64,000 bases of DNA from Lingula anatina. Taxonomy: Eukaryota; Animalia; Brachiopoda. Where the stretch lies: NCBI GenBank assembly GCA_051362555.1, contig CM120640.1, positions 3,100,001-3,164,000 of the forward strand. Direction: 5' to 3'. Every line of letters begins with the position of its first letter. The first letter of the stretch is position 1. The notes below the pieces were generated by a model that saw only the letters and a program-made list of their open reading frames with translations, ran no database searches and was not told the DNA's origin. Of this stretch, positions 49,685 to 63,417 are shown in pieces. The position numbers and the translations under genes are program-made.

Positions 49685-52600
49685 AGATGAAAACAGCTGT
49701 GGTAATGTAAATCCCAGGCACAGCCAGCTAATAAGGATGTCACAATATTTCTGCTGTGAATGAGCCACATAAACCACAAACAAGGAAGCAACAATTTCTA
49801 AACAGTAATTCATTCTCAGTTTTCCAAGAAAATTGGCGAGAAAAAAAGGTCATCAAAATAATCAGTTAGGATATTTGAAGACGCAACTGGATCAAAAAGT
49901 TTTCAATGTAAGATTGTGGCTTCATATTTGTCATATTTCTTATTTACATTCATGATTTATATAATAACAATGCTTACATAAATTTGAGGGTACAGAAAAA
50001 ATTGCTTATACACACATGCTTTTGAATCTATATGATACATTACTGCCTGCAGCATATACCAGCACTGTTTTCTGAACAAAATATTTTTGAAAGAACATAC
50101 TAGTAGCTGATACAAACATTTGCAAGCTTTGTCACCCAAAGTTTGAATGAACAAAGGATTTAATCTATTTAATTTTTGACTTTATCCAAACACTGCCAGT
50201 ACAAATCAGTCACATTCAAGAACTTTTCAATACTACATGTCTAACATAACATGTATGTGAAAAGTTAAATACAGAGCAGTTAAAAACTATGAATTTACAC
50301 TTTTAAACATATCATTAGCAAATAAGCCTTTGTTAAAGCATGTCTGAGAGAATTATTTGCTGTAATGTTTGGTTTTTGTCCAAATGTAGATGATCCTTCC
50401 TTGCTAAAGCCATATTTCATGATGAGCTCATGTTCCGGGGTGAGATCACCATTACAATGCCAGTAGCAACTCACATATACAGTTCTTTAATGGACATTAA
50501 TTTCTTAAAATGGAGGAAGAAAATTTCCAGAAGAAAAATTCAAGTAACTGGTCTCAGGAAGTATCTGCAGATGGCTGTTAGCTCCATAACTAACACATAA
50601 TAGTCCAATTTTGGGGTGGAATTTTTTGGTACATCAGTAATGCTCACTTTGAAAAAAAAAGCCATTTCAGAATTTACATTTATTCCATACACATTTAAAA
50701 CAAAAACAAACAAAAGAATACTTAAATCTAAAGAATAACAAGGCAGCAAAGCTGTCAAATGTACAGACAAAAAACAGGAAATAACTATGCACAAAATAGG
50801 CTACTGTCAATTCTGATGCAAAAGTACATTATGTTAAACTGCAAATTCAACATCAAATTTTAATTATGCTCAAGCAGCACCCAAAATTGTGTTTTCTTCT
50901 ATTCTGATGCAATATTACATACTGGTTAACAGCATAATGACCGTCAATTTTTAATAATAAAATATACATGGATTTTCAGAAAATGTGACTAGCATGGGTC
51001 TTCAAGCCCGTGGAACTTCAAAGTTACACCTTGAAAATGCCAATATGTGAAAAATTAAATTTTCACAAAAAAACTGTTTAACTGGCAGTAAGAATTACCA
51101 AACAGACTGCATTGCCTACTGAAGCTGTATTTTAGTCCCATGTTTCTTTCCTGTAAGTTTGAGAACAGTAAGTGACATGGTTTTTCTTAAATGGTCATCA
51201 TGGGGGCAGTGCCCAAAATAGTTTTTTTTTTTCAAATTTTGATGCAATATTACATAATGTTTAACAGCATAATGATGAGTATTATGGATATTCAGAAAAT
51301 GTTACTAGCAAAGGTCTTCAGGCCCATGGAACTTCAAAGTCACAACTTGAAAATGCCAAAATGTAAACAAGACAGCACTGTTCTGATTTTTTTTTTCCAT
51401 TTTTAACAATTTTTAACATAAAACAAAATTAACAGTTTACTGCCGTTTTTATATGATCAACTAAAAAAATTGATGAGATGGGAAAAATATCAATAGAGCA
51501 GTGTTAAATGTCCAATTTCTTCCATTCTGAGATTCTGAACATAGTGAATGTCAATGATTGAATCTGACAAACTGCAATGATATGAGTTTATTTCCATTTT
51601 TTGAAACTTTATTACACAATACAAGATAACAAGTTTACCATCATTTTTACATATGTTGTAAAGATGCAGGAAATGCCAAACAAACACTTTTACTTATCTA
51701 ACTAATTAAATAATGAAACATGCATGTTAACATGCCTAAGAATTAAATCTGAGGAAATGTGAAAAAACAGCATTTCTTCAAAATAATGGCCCAATTAAGC
51801 TGATTTTTAAACTCAACCTGCGTTTTAGCAGGAATGACCACTCCTGTGAGTTTACTGACAATTGGCCTATCTGTTTTTCTTATTTTGTGTTTACAGTGTT
51901 GCATATATGCTGAAAAGTGAAAAAAAAAAGCATAACTAAAATAGTGGCCCGATCATGCCTATTTTCTAACTTGACCTGCGTTATAGTAAGATTGATTACT
52001 CCTATGAGTTTCATGACAACAGGCCTAACGGTTTTCCTTGAAATGTGTTTACAGTGTTGCATATATGCTGAAAAGTGAAAAAACAGCATAAGTTCTACAA
52101 TAATGGCCCGATCATGCTGATTTTCGGACTTGACCTGCGTTTTATGGATATTCATCAGCTCTGTAAATATACAGCCAAAAAGTAAAACTGCCTTCCACTT
52201 ATCGCGTTTACAATGAAAGTGCACGGCGACAGTGACAGTGACGGCAACGCCAGCCACGACAGACGCAGGTGATGGCAATATGTACAGACACATCTGTACA
52301 TATTTACTGTACTGTTTGAGAACAGTAAGTGACATGGTTTTTCTTAAATGGTCATCATGGGAGCAGTGCCCAAAATAAGTTTTTTTCAAATTTTGATGCA
52401 ATATTACATAATGTTAAACAGCTTAATGACCATCAATTTTTAATAATAAAATATTAGTATCATGGATATTCAGAAAATGTGACTAGCAAAGGTCTTCAGG
52501 CCCATGGAACTTCAAAGTCACAACTTGAAAATGCCAAAATGTAAACAAGACAGCACTGTTCTGAAATGTTTTTTTTCCATTTTGAACAATTTTTTTAACA

Positions 52601-55600
52601 TAAACAAAATTAACAGGTTACTGCCATTTTTATACGATCAACTAAGAAAATTGATGAGATGGGAAAAATATCAATACAACAGTGTTAAATGTCCAATTTC
52701 CTCCATCCTGAGATTCTGAACATAGTGAATGATTGCATCTGACAAACTGCAATGATATGAGTTTATTTCCATTTTTGACACTTTATTACACAATACACGA
52801 TAACAAGTTTACCATCATTTTTACATAATCAACTAACAATTTTGTAAAGATTCAGGAAATGTCAAACAAACACTTTTATGTATCTTATTAGTAAAATAAT
52901 AAGACTGTTAACATGCCTAAGAATTGAATCTGAGGAAATGTGAAAAAACAGCATAACTTCTAAAGTAATGGCCCGATCATGCCGATTTTCGAACTTGACC
53001 TGCGTTTTAGTAAGATTGATTACTCCTGTGAGTTTCATGACAACAGGCCTAACGGTGTTCCTTAAAATGTGTTTACAGGGTTGCATATATGCTGAAAAGT
53101 GAAAAAACAGCATAAGTTCTACAATAATGGCCCGATCATGCTGATTTTCGAACTTGACCTGCGTTTTATGAATATTCATCAGCTCTGTAAATATAAAGCC
53201 AAAAAGTAAAACTGTCCTCCACTTATCGTGTTTACAAGGAAAGTGCACGGCATCGGCGACGGCATCGGCATCGGCATCGGCATCGGCATCGGCGACGGCA
53301 TCGGCGACGACAGACGCAGGTGATGGCAATATGTACAGACACATCTGTGTCTGTACATAAAAAGTGTCACTACCTATATAATACCACAGTGTCATGTGTA
53401 AGTATTAAATGATATCTTCTGATAAAAAATGGGATTAACGAAATGAATAAGAGAACGTGTGAGGAGCAATGTTCGGTGTCTCTTTCTCCCTAACCACAAA
53501 AGAGGACACAAAACTGTATAACAGAAGAAATGCAAAGTGACCTTACAGGGGCGTTTTATTATAACACAAACACATGCCCCAACACTGAGATGAAGCAAGA
53601 CACATTTAATCCTATAGACACACTTACTTCTTTCAAACATGTCTGAGTAAAAATTTTAAAATGAGCCAGAATCACTGAGCTCTATACCCAAATATTCTAT
53701 GCATGATTTCATCAGTCTGCGTTGAAAAAGTGTCAACACGGTAAACATCTTTGTACCTCACTTTATTCATGTACACGTAGTCTATGAATTTGACCTTGAT
53801 TTTTTTATGACTCTTATGTTCATTTTATCTTTTTTATTTATGGGTGCAATTGTCAACACATCAAATTTGACTGAATGTTAGCAACCCAGATGGATGAAGT
53901 TTAATATAAAAATCAAGTCACTCTGAGGAGATTGAGCACTGTATATATATATAACTATGGAGTTCTGTTAACATACTCACACATTAACACAAAATGTGTA
54001 TTCATGTTTTGACCTCTGACATACTATTAGGTTTTTATCTTTTACCAATATTAAAATATTCATTACTCTTTGTATTAAGATATGAAGAGTCAGCTTTAAA
54101 TTAAACCACAAATAAATATTTAATTAAGTTATTAATAGCAGACTACTTAGCACTTTTGTCATTCAGTTTAAGTACTTTCATCATTCAGTTTTTGATAGTC
54201 AGATATGTGAGGTGTACATGTAGGCATAACCACCCACATAAAACGTGTCCCGTGTCAGCAGCTCTGTTAAAACAGTTACAAAACAACATCACGCTAAGAA
54301 GTGAAAGAAATGTGAGTCACTTCCACACACTGTTAATAGCACAAACATTGAATGATAAACTGTTAAATCAACACTATCCATTCAGATATGTATCCAGTAT
54401 GTGTGCTTTGTGTGTGTGTGTGTGTATGTGTGTGTATGTGTGTGTGTGTAAGTGCACATCTGTGTTAGCTCATAAAATGTGATAAAAAAAGTCCAAGAAC
54501 AATTTCTAGGAACTTATTTTTCATAGAAAGTGAAAGTGAAAGATCTCCTCATTTCTAAAAAAAAAAAACAAAAAAAAACAAAACAAAACAAAACAAAAAG
54601 AAAAAAAGAAAAAGAAAGAACACATTTATGCTGAGACCATAAGGGTAAAGTATGAGGGTGAGATCAATCTATTTACGAATGAAAATCACAAATTTAAATA
54701 ATACTTCTAACAACTATGTGAGCACCCAAATAACACTAAGAGTACTTCAACACTTTAAAAAGCAAAAATAAAGGTATAAATTTCTGTCTGTCACTTTAAA
54801 AATAAATACATTTCTTTTCAGCACAATCCATACAAATGTTGATTACCAAAAACAAGATAAAAATCAAACACAAGTCTAGTGGATAACTTTTTATAGTGAA
54901 GTGGGCTTTTTTACCCCCTTAGTTTACCCAAACTGAGAAATGCCATACAATCTGTAATCTAATCCTCACTCACAAGTAGTTTTTTTTTCTTTTAATTTTT
55001 TACTGAACTACAAGTAGGACAAAATTGCATCAGATGTGACATCTTCACAAACACGATGCTCACTTCACAGTGCACATCGTACAACTTCTCTTTCAATTTA
55101 GGGCTCATTTCCAACACCCAACTGTTCAGAAAATGGGATATGCTGTTGTTGTTTCTGACACTGAGGAGGTTATGTTTTTCGCCTTCATTCATCTATCTTT
55201 TTTCTTTCTTTCTGTCTGTTCATCACCAGCCTTACTCAAAAGTTATGGATGGATTTTGATGAAATTTTCAGGACAGGTGAGAAATGTGCTTAATTAACAG
55301 ATATTAGATTTTGGTGGTGATTCAGTAATTAATTAATGGTAAATTATAATTTAATTATTTTCCTATCTGTCTTTAAGCAAAATTAAGCAATAAGTTATGT
55401 TTGGGTTTTGATGAAATATTTAGCACAAGTCAGGATTGGGCTAGATATTTGCAGTAATTAATTAATCAATTTTACAACTAATTAATAAAAGTAATTAAAG
55501 ATAATAAGAATTGAGCAGAATTGGCAGATATGCACACTCTTGGTGCTTAAAACTTTTCTAGCTTATCCATATTATCAGAGCTATTCTGTTTTAACAGAGC

Positions 55601-57837
55601 TGAATTCATTCAATGTATGCACTGACAAAAATAAAAAACATGCACAGAACAGAATTCTAATACTCACCATAAGATGCAGCAAAAAAAGGGGGGGGGGCTT
55701 AATTTCTTCATCCAAAAAGCTCATTATTTCATCTGGGTATCATTATTAAATAATATGATATTTGATACAAAAACACACTTTTTTCCAGTGAACTTACCCA
55801 ATCTGTAGGCTTCCAGTGTACTCTACTGTCTGGATGGTCTGGCATTGCATTCCACTCCACTCTAGATATAGACGCTGCTATGAAGGCTGAACACGGTGAT
55901 AAGGAAAACAGTCAAAATATGATGGTAGCTAAAACTGTACTGTTAGACTATGACAGCTGTGAGGGAGGAAGACAGTAATTAAAATTTGAGGACCAGCAAT
56001 TTCCAACTTTAAAAGGAAAAAATTGGAGAAAAAACAAAGAATATACTGAAGCTGCATATAACCTGAAAATCTTTTTTTTTCCAAAAAGGATACTAACAAC
56101 CATACTGATGAGAGAAAACAATGAGAGAGCAAGGCGCCACCTGCAGATGTAGACTCCATTGAACTGTGGGTACATTTTGTAGGAGATAGCACAGTGTAGG
56201 AGGGAATACACCACACCACCACCAAATACAAGACCTGCACCTAGGAAGTGGACAACTTCAACTTTTGTTTCCTGGAAAATATATTGTATTGAATACTGAA
56301 TAGAGTAATTGAATTTAAATGAAATGAATTGATTTGTAGAGTATCATATCATATCATATCATATCACAAAAATATCAATAGGATATTAAGGCACTTTTGG
56401 AGGGAGGTCCTCAGTTGGAGTCAAGCCAGAATTTTGAATTACGGAGTTCTAATTCATTTACTTACTGTATAGGTATGTATAGGTCCCATTGGATTTGATA
56501 ACCAAAATCTGACATAAGGGTTTCCAAAACTGAAATCAGGAGTCCAAAACACAGTGAGATAGCAGTTGCTGTCTGATGACACTTACCTGGAAATTTGCAA
56601 CCATGGACAGCCCTAATGACGTTAGAATTCCAAAGCCAGCAGCCACCTTGTTCAGAATATCAATTCCTCGATACTCATCACTTATGAACCCCTTCACCAG
56701 TTTGTAGCGAACATACATGGTTGCTAGTGCTAGAACATTGAAGAGAAAATGCCATGTTAAGAATGTAATACAAAATCCTGTACAGTTTGTGTGTGTGCTC
56801 ACTGAGAGTATTTTATGTATGAAACGAAAAAAAGTTCAGTATTGCGTAAGTATTTAAATCAGATATAAGTTTATGTCCATGATCACCACCTGAGCTTCAG
56901 AGATAACTTGACACTAACCTCTTCACTGTAGCCTATCTTCATCGTGTCAAGTTACAGGCTACAGTGAAGAGGTTAGTGTCAAGTTATCTCTGAAGCTCTG
57001 GGTGATGATCACATTTTATTTATATTTATTTTCTAATATGCAAATACATGGTTATATTTTGTGTATTTAACAAGGTAATAAAAGAGTTCCTATATAAACC
57101 AACAGGTGTGCTTTGCTCTCTACACTCACATAGGAAGGCAGACAGGTTCAGGAATTGTCCAAATATGCAGCTCTCTGGCGCATTAGTTCCTGTGTCACTA
57201 AAATACAGATATAGAGATATGTTAATTATGAATCTTGTTATAAACACCTATACATTTCATAGTGTCTGCCCTAAAAACAAAAATATACTGTCTTAAAAAT
57301 CTGATACATTGTGTTGCTTGTACATGTACATGTAGACTAACAGAAAAAATATCAAAACTTAAAAACACTGACTTCCTTATAAAGTTGAAAGGACACATTG
57401 CAATATGTGAACAGCAACTAACACATGCAAAATGTAGATGCACATTAATAACACACACACAAACACTTAGTCCCAAGTGAAATCTGGACAATGTCACACA
57501 ATAAAATATACCATGAAGGCAAATTCAGTATGCAACAATCTTTTTAAGTCACACATGTAATACAACACCATAGCTAACAGTGTTGTATATAATATGTTAT
57601 AACAACCTAAAAATTCAGCAATAGTGAAGTTCCAACAATGCACAATGATACAGCTGACACACGGTCACAACTAACACACTGTCACATCTACCACAGCAAT
57701 GCTCACCTTATGTAGGGGAAGAACACCTCCACGTCATTTCTCACTACTGATATGATGTAGGTGCTGACAAATGTGGCAGTAGCAAGAACTCCCAATGAAA
57801 TGGGCAGGAATCCCAAGCCAGGCCCAAGTATATTCAT
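48035..57837 (-). CDS. DRAM2: DNA damage-regulated autophagy modulator (DRAM1/2-like, Frag1/DRAM/Sfk1 family), ~268 aa
   Basis: Exons 57837-57707, 57197-57130, 56729-56587, 56271-56094, 55886-55798, 48232-48035. Motifs FPYISDTG..PESCIFG, VRY, G...VANFQ, H..GA...F, S.IAEW, FFTYIRDFQ. C-terminal DETTQLL acidic dileucine. DRAM1 vs DRAM2 cannot be resolved. Confidence 0.9.
48369..48627. mobile_element. Tourist/Harbinger-like MITE
   Basis: Long TIR GGGCTCATT(C/T)CCAATGAAA..TAGATGGATCCAACTC with TTA TSD on both sides. Confidence 0.85.
49527..49683. repeat. Imperfect (CA)n microsatellite
   Basis: Read directly from sequence. Confidence 0.85.
50870..53348 (-). mobile_element. Tandem copies of a modular repeat resembling non-autonomous Helentron (DINE-1/pearl-like) elements
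   Basis: Two ~1.1-kb direct copies (~51160-52298, ~52315-53348) plus a partial at ~50870-51050. Each has internal subrepeats (AATGGCCCGATCATGC..AACTTGACCTGCGTT) and a terminal hexamer microsatellite. Family assignment is inferred. Confidence 0.6.
55150..55563 (+). mobile_element. Degenerate DINE/HINE-like non-autonomous repeat
   Basis: GGAGGTTATGTTTT, then (TCTG)-like microsatellite, two GATTTTGATGAAAT-type subrepeats and a ..TTTTCTAG end, an organisation typical of these elements. Confidence 0.45.
55887..56093 (-). other. U12-type (minor spliceosome) GT-AG intron in DRAM
   Basis: 5' site GTATCCTT. Branch-like TTTTCCTTATC ~10 nt before the CAG acceptor, with no polypyrimidine tract. Confidence 0.85.
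56880..57011. repeat. Near-perfect hairpin (43-bp perfect stem) in DRAM intron 2
   Basis: 56892-56934 is the exact reverse complement of 56956-56998, with a 21-nt loop. Confidence 0.9.
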
Positions 57838-57888
57838 TCTTCATTAACCACTGGAACAGAAAACAATCACAGCAATTCAGTTGCATGC

Positions 57889-57920
<32 letters not shown>

Positions 57921-58599
57921 CACTATACAGTACATGGCTACAATATAAAACACCAGGTCGTTTTTCTTTTTCTTGTGTTATGAACCTAGAGTGCTGCCAT
58001 GTCTGGTAAGTGTATGGTCAGTCATTTCAAACTTAATTATCACAGTAAAATGGTATTTAATATAATTATCATAATATGTTTCAAATTGCACAGACTGATT
58101 GTGAAATGATTCTTGAATAGAAAAAAAATTTGCAAGAAAAATAAAATAAATTTGGCAGGAATATCTTGTACAGATTACCTTAAATCAATGCAATTAACGT
58201 GTTTCTCTCAAAACAGTCCAGCACATGACCACATACTCATGATGAGTCAACACACACTGGTCAGTCAGCAATTAAACTGAATGTACATACCACAATGACG
58301 AAGTCAAACGCCTTTGTTTTACCTCACAGTAGTCCACTAACGTTAAAACCGCAAGCACGAGGTTGTATGACTGTGATCTTTTTCTTCCCCCTGTACCACC
58401 TGCCTGAGAAACTTCCTGGTCTTGTGTCTCTGAGATCAGCACTATATTAAAATATCTGATGATCAATATTTGAAGTAATCGCCCCAATCTAACGCCACAA
58501 CACAGCCATAAACAGGTCCTGGATGTGATTGATTTAGGTTACATTGACAAAACACCCATCGATCACTTCTTAATCACTTTCGTTTGCAGTTGTTTTGAC

Positions 58600-58608
58600 C
58601 GGAAGTGT
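58600..58608. promoter_or_regulatory. ETS consensus site (CCGGAAGTG) in the likely DRAM promoter region
   Basis: GACCGGAAGTG upstream of a candidate non-coding exon ending GAG|GTAAAA at ~58323. Confidence 0.35.
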
Positions 58609-61530
58609 GACCCCTTATTTTTCCTGACTTTATCTAAGAAAGAGCAGCGCAACAGGTTTTAAAAGACAAGCTATTTTAAAAATCCAAGTTTCAAGGTTTA
58701 TGTTTGAGGTATATCAGCGTGACACGCTTTTTCAATCTATATAATAAGATATAAATAGAGGAATTTCAGGCTGACATTGGTTCAAAAGACCAAAATGATC
58801 TAAGTAAAAAACTCGCGCATGCATTTCTGATGAAAAAAAGTAAAAATTCAAGTTAGTTCAATTTAAACTTTACGTAAGAGGCGATTTTCGTTATTGACAA
58901 CCGTTATGATACTTATAATTTATCTGTTGCAAAGAAAACATTGAACACTGAGGCATGGATGGTTTATTGTCATGTCCACATTTTATCTCTAAATGTTCTA
59001 TTATATGCACTTGGACAGTATTTTGAATGAGTGAATGAATGAGAGGAGGTACACATTGAACATTAATGGACAAGTTCTAAAAGTGGCTACAGTACGTGCA
59101 ATCAAATTCCGTTCCGTAAAGTATTTTGCCGCAATGACTCCATCATCTCCTAAAGCATCTTTACTTTTTGTTAGTCTGATTCTAAACCCCATGGGTCTAG
59201 CTTGACCATATAAAAATTGTAAAATTGCAAAATTTTCTTACCTTTCCTCAACGTCCGCCTGTCCGTTATTATTATTTCTTAAATCCGGTTGGTCTTCACA
59301 GTGCAAAAATCGTATAACTACCGCCCTCTTCTTTTTGGTACGCGCGTACTGTTAATTCATAACCATAGCACAACCAGTACACACCCTTATGCAATTAATT
59401 ACAGAGATTAAAATGCTTAACATGTTCGAAATAACGCCGCTAATACACAGCTTGTGGCACGAAGTAGTATTCCTTTCGAGCTTTAAGTTCAATGCTTCTT
59501 GTACACGCCATCAGAGATTTAGGTAGATTGCGGATTGTGTGTGTAGGAGCGGATCTGTGTCTAGATAATCAGGACAATGTAGGGTAATTTCACGCCAGCA
59601 CGCACATTAGACCCTCTAATTACGGGTGTTGCCAATGGTTGATTGCATAACAAGCTGTAATTATAACTCTAATAACTCAACATTTAGTTGTAGTACACGA
59701 GATATTCAAGATTGGTATGTTAATCAATGCATGGACTGTGAAGACTGAGATTTTAATTTCTGTCTGACGAAAAATCTTTTTGTGAAGTAAAATATTTGTT
59801 GGAAGCTATAATAACATGTACCCGTTACTGACCAGTATAGAGGCAAAGATGGGTGCTCTCAAATCTCTCTTTTTTTCATATCATTTTTTTTCTTTTTTAT
59901 TTGCATATCACATACATTTTGAGTTTCAACAAGCCACTTGACACTGAAACGTTAGTATATCAATACATTACACCGAAAAGCGTTATACCGAGATGTCGGT
60001 GCACCATTACATAACCGACTGAATGAAGCGTGTATCCGCTAATTGATATTCCACCGGTTCAACAAAAAACGTGCTTTTATACAACCAGACTGAACACAAG
60101 CAGCTAATGTTAGCAGCTAACATTTAAACATTGAAAAGCAAGCTTCCGAGCTGGAAATAATCGTCAAATTAGATCCCTGGGGGAAAATACTAAATTCTTT
60201 TTAAAGCACATAGACCTATTTCCTTCTATTCTATTTTCAACCTTTTGAACTGATATTTCTGCAATAACCCATTTCTCTTTTTAACTTTTGCGTGGGGCAT
60301 GGGTTCGTAGCCTTCATACTCGGCATTTTGCCTACAGATTATGATTTATAAAACTTTTGATTATTTTGAGAGCATTTGAGTTTTTGCTCAAGCAAATATT
60401 TTACTAATATCGATCCACTTTGTCAACTTCGCCTCCATCAATTCAAAACTCTGTTTCCAAACGTGCCCTCTAGATCTTTTCTTTAATTATTTAATGAGCC
60501 TCCATATGTGATTTCGATTTCTGCTGTTTTCTTAAAACTAACAATCTTGACATATTCTAAAAAAATGCTAATTAAGTCATTTTATAGCCACCAATCCCAA
60601 AACTATATTTTGGTGCAAAAATAATAATGATGATAAGAATAGATGGAAAGAAAAAACCAGAACATAAATATTTCTTCATTTTTCTTTTTCCCCCGATTTT
60701 TCAGAACAACGGAGTTCAGGTTTAAGCCAAGCTGATTCAGTCAGAAGGACGCAGTATATTAACTAGTTCTTTTCATTCTGCAACGCAGTACAGTGGTGAG
60801 ATTATATTTGAAATTTTTATAAATAGAAAAAAACGAGATGGCACATAATTATTCTTTTTTCTCGAATTTAACCAACTACCAAATCTAAATGGACGTTATG
60901 TCGTCAATAAATGATAGTCTGCGTATTCTCAGAATTAAACGTGGGGTCCCACCATGCGGGATTTACTAGTGCGGGCACCTTGACAGAAAAATGTTTTTTC
61001 AAAAGTGTCAGACCCCTTATGTATGTTTTGAATTAAGTTGAAGGTAAAAACATTAAGAGTAGTGTATGCTCATTTTCTCTAATTTACACGACTTTTATGT
61101 GTGTTATTTCAACGCTCGGAATGTGGCAAAGTCGAGTTTTGTTTCAATATGTTATCATAAACCATGTCATTGGCTATGACCAGCTACTGTACAATTTGAG
61201 GCGACATCTGCCGTGTGCCAGCTGTTGTTCAGATAAATCACGCTCCACTATCAGGCCCCCCGCCACAGCTCGCCCTCGCTACTACATATGTGTGAGCACA
61301 AGTACCTTAGAATGTCTTGGCGCACTTGGCAGATTACGGCGTAACAGACGACAGCATAGGACGGAGTAAAAGTATGGACACTGATACTACCTGTGGACAC
61401 GTTGACATCACAGAAATGTTCGGATTTGATTTTTGCTGCAGAATTTGATCATCTTAAAATTCATTGGGATATTTATTTATATTTATATTTATATTTATAT
61501 TTAAAACTTTTGTTTACGTGCTTGCTGCAA

Positions 61531-63123
61531 ATGGCTAACGGACAGAGAATTGCGATCGTTGTATTATTTCCATGCATATTAGCAAGTAAGTATAAAAAAA
61601 CATTTAAAATGTTTCCATATTATGTTATGCGGGCCATACACAAATAACACATTTTTTAAGAATTAAGAAAAACCAATTTGATGTAAATTTCCGCAAAATT
61701 CTTTTCGTGTGCTTTTTACAACCTTTTCAGTCTCAGCTTATTTTACGTAATGACAAGTACATTTTTATTAAGCAGCTGCTGCATATTCTCGAACTGTCTA
61801 GTTTGCCTTGACGTATTAATCAGTGGACACGCGACAGGTCTACGTCCTGTCTCAGTATCTGTTAGAATGAACTTTTATGTAACGGAGTTTTTAGCGCCTC
61901 GCCTCACACAACAGAATTTTCCAAAGTTTCAAAATTTAATGCGTTTAAATATGAATTGCTTTGTCATAATACCAAGCTTCAAGATAAAGTCTGGGTTACA
62001 TCCGCCGATGCTGACCAGCTTCTTTAGATTAAAAAATAAATGTGCACATATATAGGTTTTAAAATGAAAAGGTCCGTATTGGAACTGAAGTTCTGGGTAC
62101 ATAAAAAGAGAAAAATCAAAATCTTTCAGTGTGACATTAGTCCATATCGTGATCAAACCAAATATTTGTTGTTCAGCAAATACTTATTTGCCATCTGTGT
62201 AAATAGTTGACAACACCTGTACGTTAGAAAACATGTCGTTTACCAAGGACATTTTTCAGTATCCAGGTAACATTTGGCTTAATTTCATAAAACCAGAATA
62301 TTCACTATCTAAGATAAACCGTGGCCTTGTCTTTGCCGCATTACTATAAATTTTGCAAATTCTAATTCCGCTAGCAGCTATATTTGTAACAAAGAAGTTC
62401 TAACTTTATGGCAAATGTAAATATTGAAGATGCCAGTTAATCATTTCATTTGTGTCATTTCATTCATTTCCGTACGTTTAACAGATGTCATCCGGTTGAT
62501 TTTGTATTGACCAACATGCAATGTAAAAATTAAGGAAAGTTTGTTTGTCAAAACATTTTGGATCGCTTTTAATTTATAGACTGTATTGGGGGGGGGGGGG
62601 GGGGGAGAGCAACGAAAAGCTCTCTTTATGTGTATTCTGTAGGATTGTATGCCTAACTCACAAACATTTTGTCTCTCTTAAATAATCACTTTTGATTAAC
62701 ATTTTTGTTATACTGTCAACGCCAATATAATGTCCTTGGTGCATCTGTTCCGCCAGGTATGTCCGCCATGCAGGTGCGCGTATCTGTGGTCCAGCATCCA
62801 TCACTTGTACCGGCGTTGCTAGGCAACCAGGTGCAGCTGCTGTGTGAGGCAATGGCCAGCCAGCCCATGGACGTGCTGAACATTGCCTGGATGTACAACA
62901 CAGCCTCCAATATTGTGCAGACCAGTCAGAAGTATACCTTGTTCCGTGACCCTCAAATGGGCTTCTGGTCTGCCGTCAATTTGACCCTAACCATCAACAA
63001 CCTTCAGCCTTCAGATATGGGGAACTACAGCTGTCTGGCTTGGAACTCTGATGGGAGGTTAAGTGGAGAGACCTTGCTTCTGGAGACAGGTAAGAACTTG
63101 GTCAATGGAGGAATTAATGTGTA

Positions 63124-63174
<51 letters not shown>

Positions 63175-63417
63175 GGGCAACAAATATGATAGTTCATGCA
63201 TTCTTCTCTTCTAGATGGTGGAAATGGTGTAAATATTGAGCACCTTACGCCAGAGATCACCACAACAACAGCCATCATGACCACCACCCAGCAAACCACC
63301 ACAGAGCTCTATGAAAGACCAATGGAGAACAAACACAGTGGACAGATGGGGCTGAACACTTTGCCTGTCATCTACCTGGTCACAGCCAGCTGGTTAACAT
63401 GGATATCCTATGGATGA
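61531..63417 (+). CDS. Single-Ig-domain cell-surface protein with Thr-rich stalk and GPI-type C-terminus (~196 aa)
   Basis: Exon 61531-61585 (MANGQRIAIVVLFPCILA, donor GTAAGT). Exon 62757-63089 is a phase 1-1 Ig exon (VQLLC..IAW..LTINNLQPSDMGNYSC). Exon 63215-63417 encodes the TTTT stalk and ..HSG..LPVIYLVTASWLTWISYG*. Confidence 0.82.

Noticed and set aside
51880-53395. 173-aa and 177-aa similar ORFs with (AD)n/(VT)n tracts
   Set aside because: Inside tandem repeat copies in a DRAM intron; similarity is explained by the DNA repeat.
62705-62756. N-terminal extension of the Ig ORF from a TTG start
   Set aside because: In-frame stop just upstream and an acceptor at 62756. The signal-peptide exon at 61531 fits the phase.
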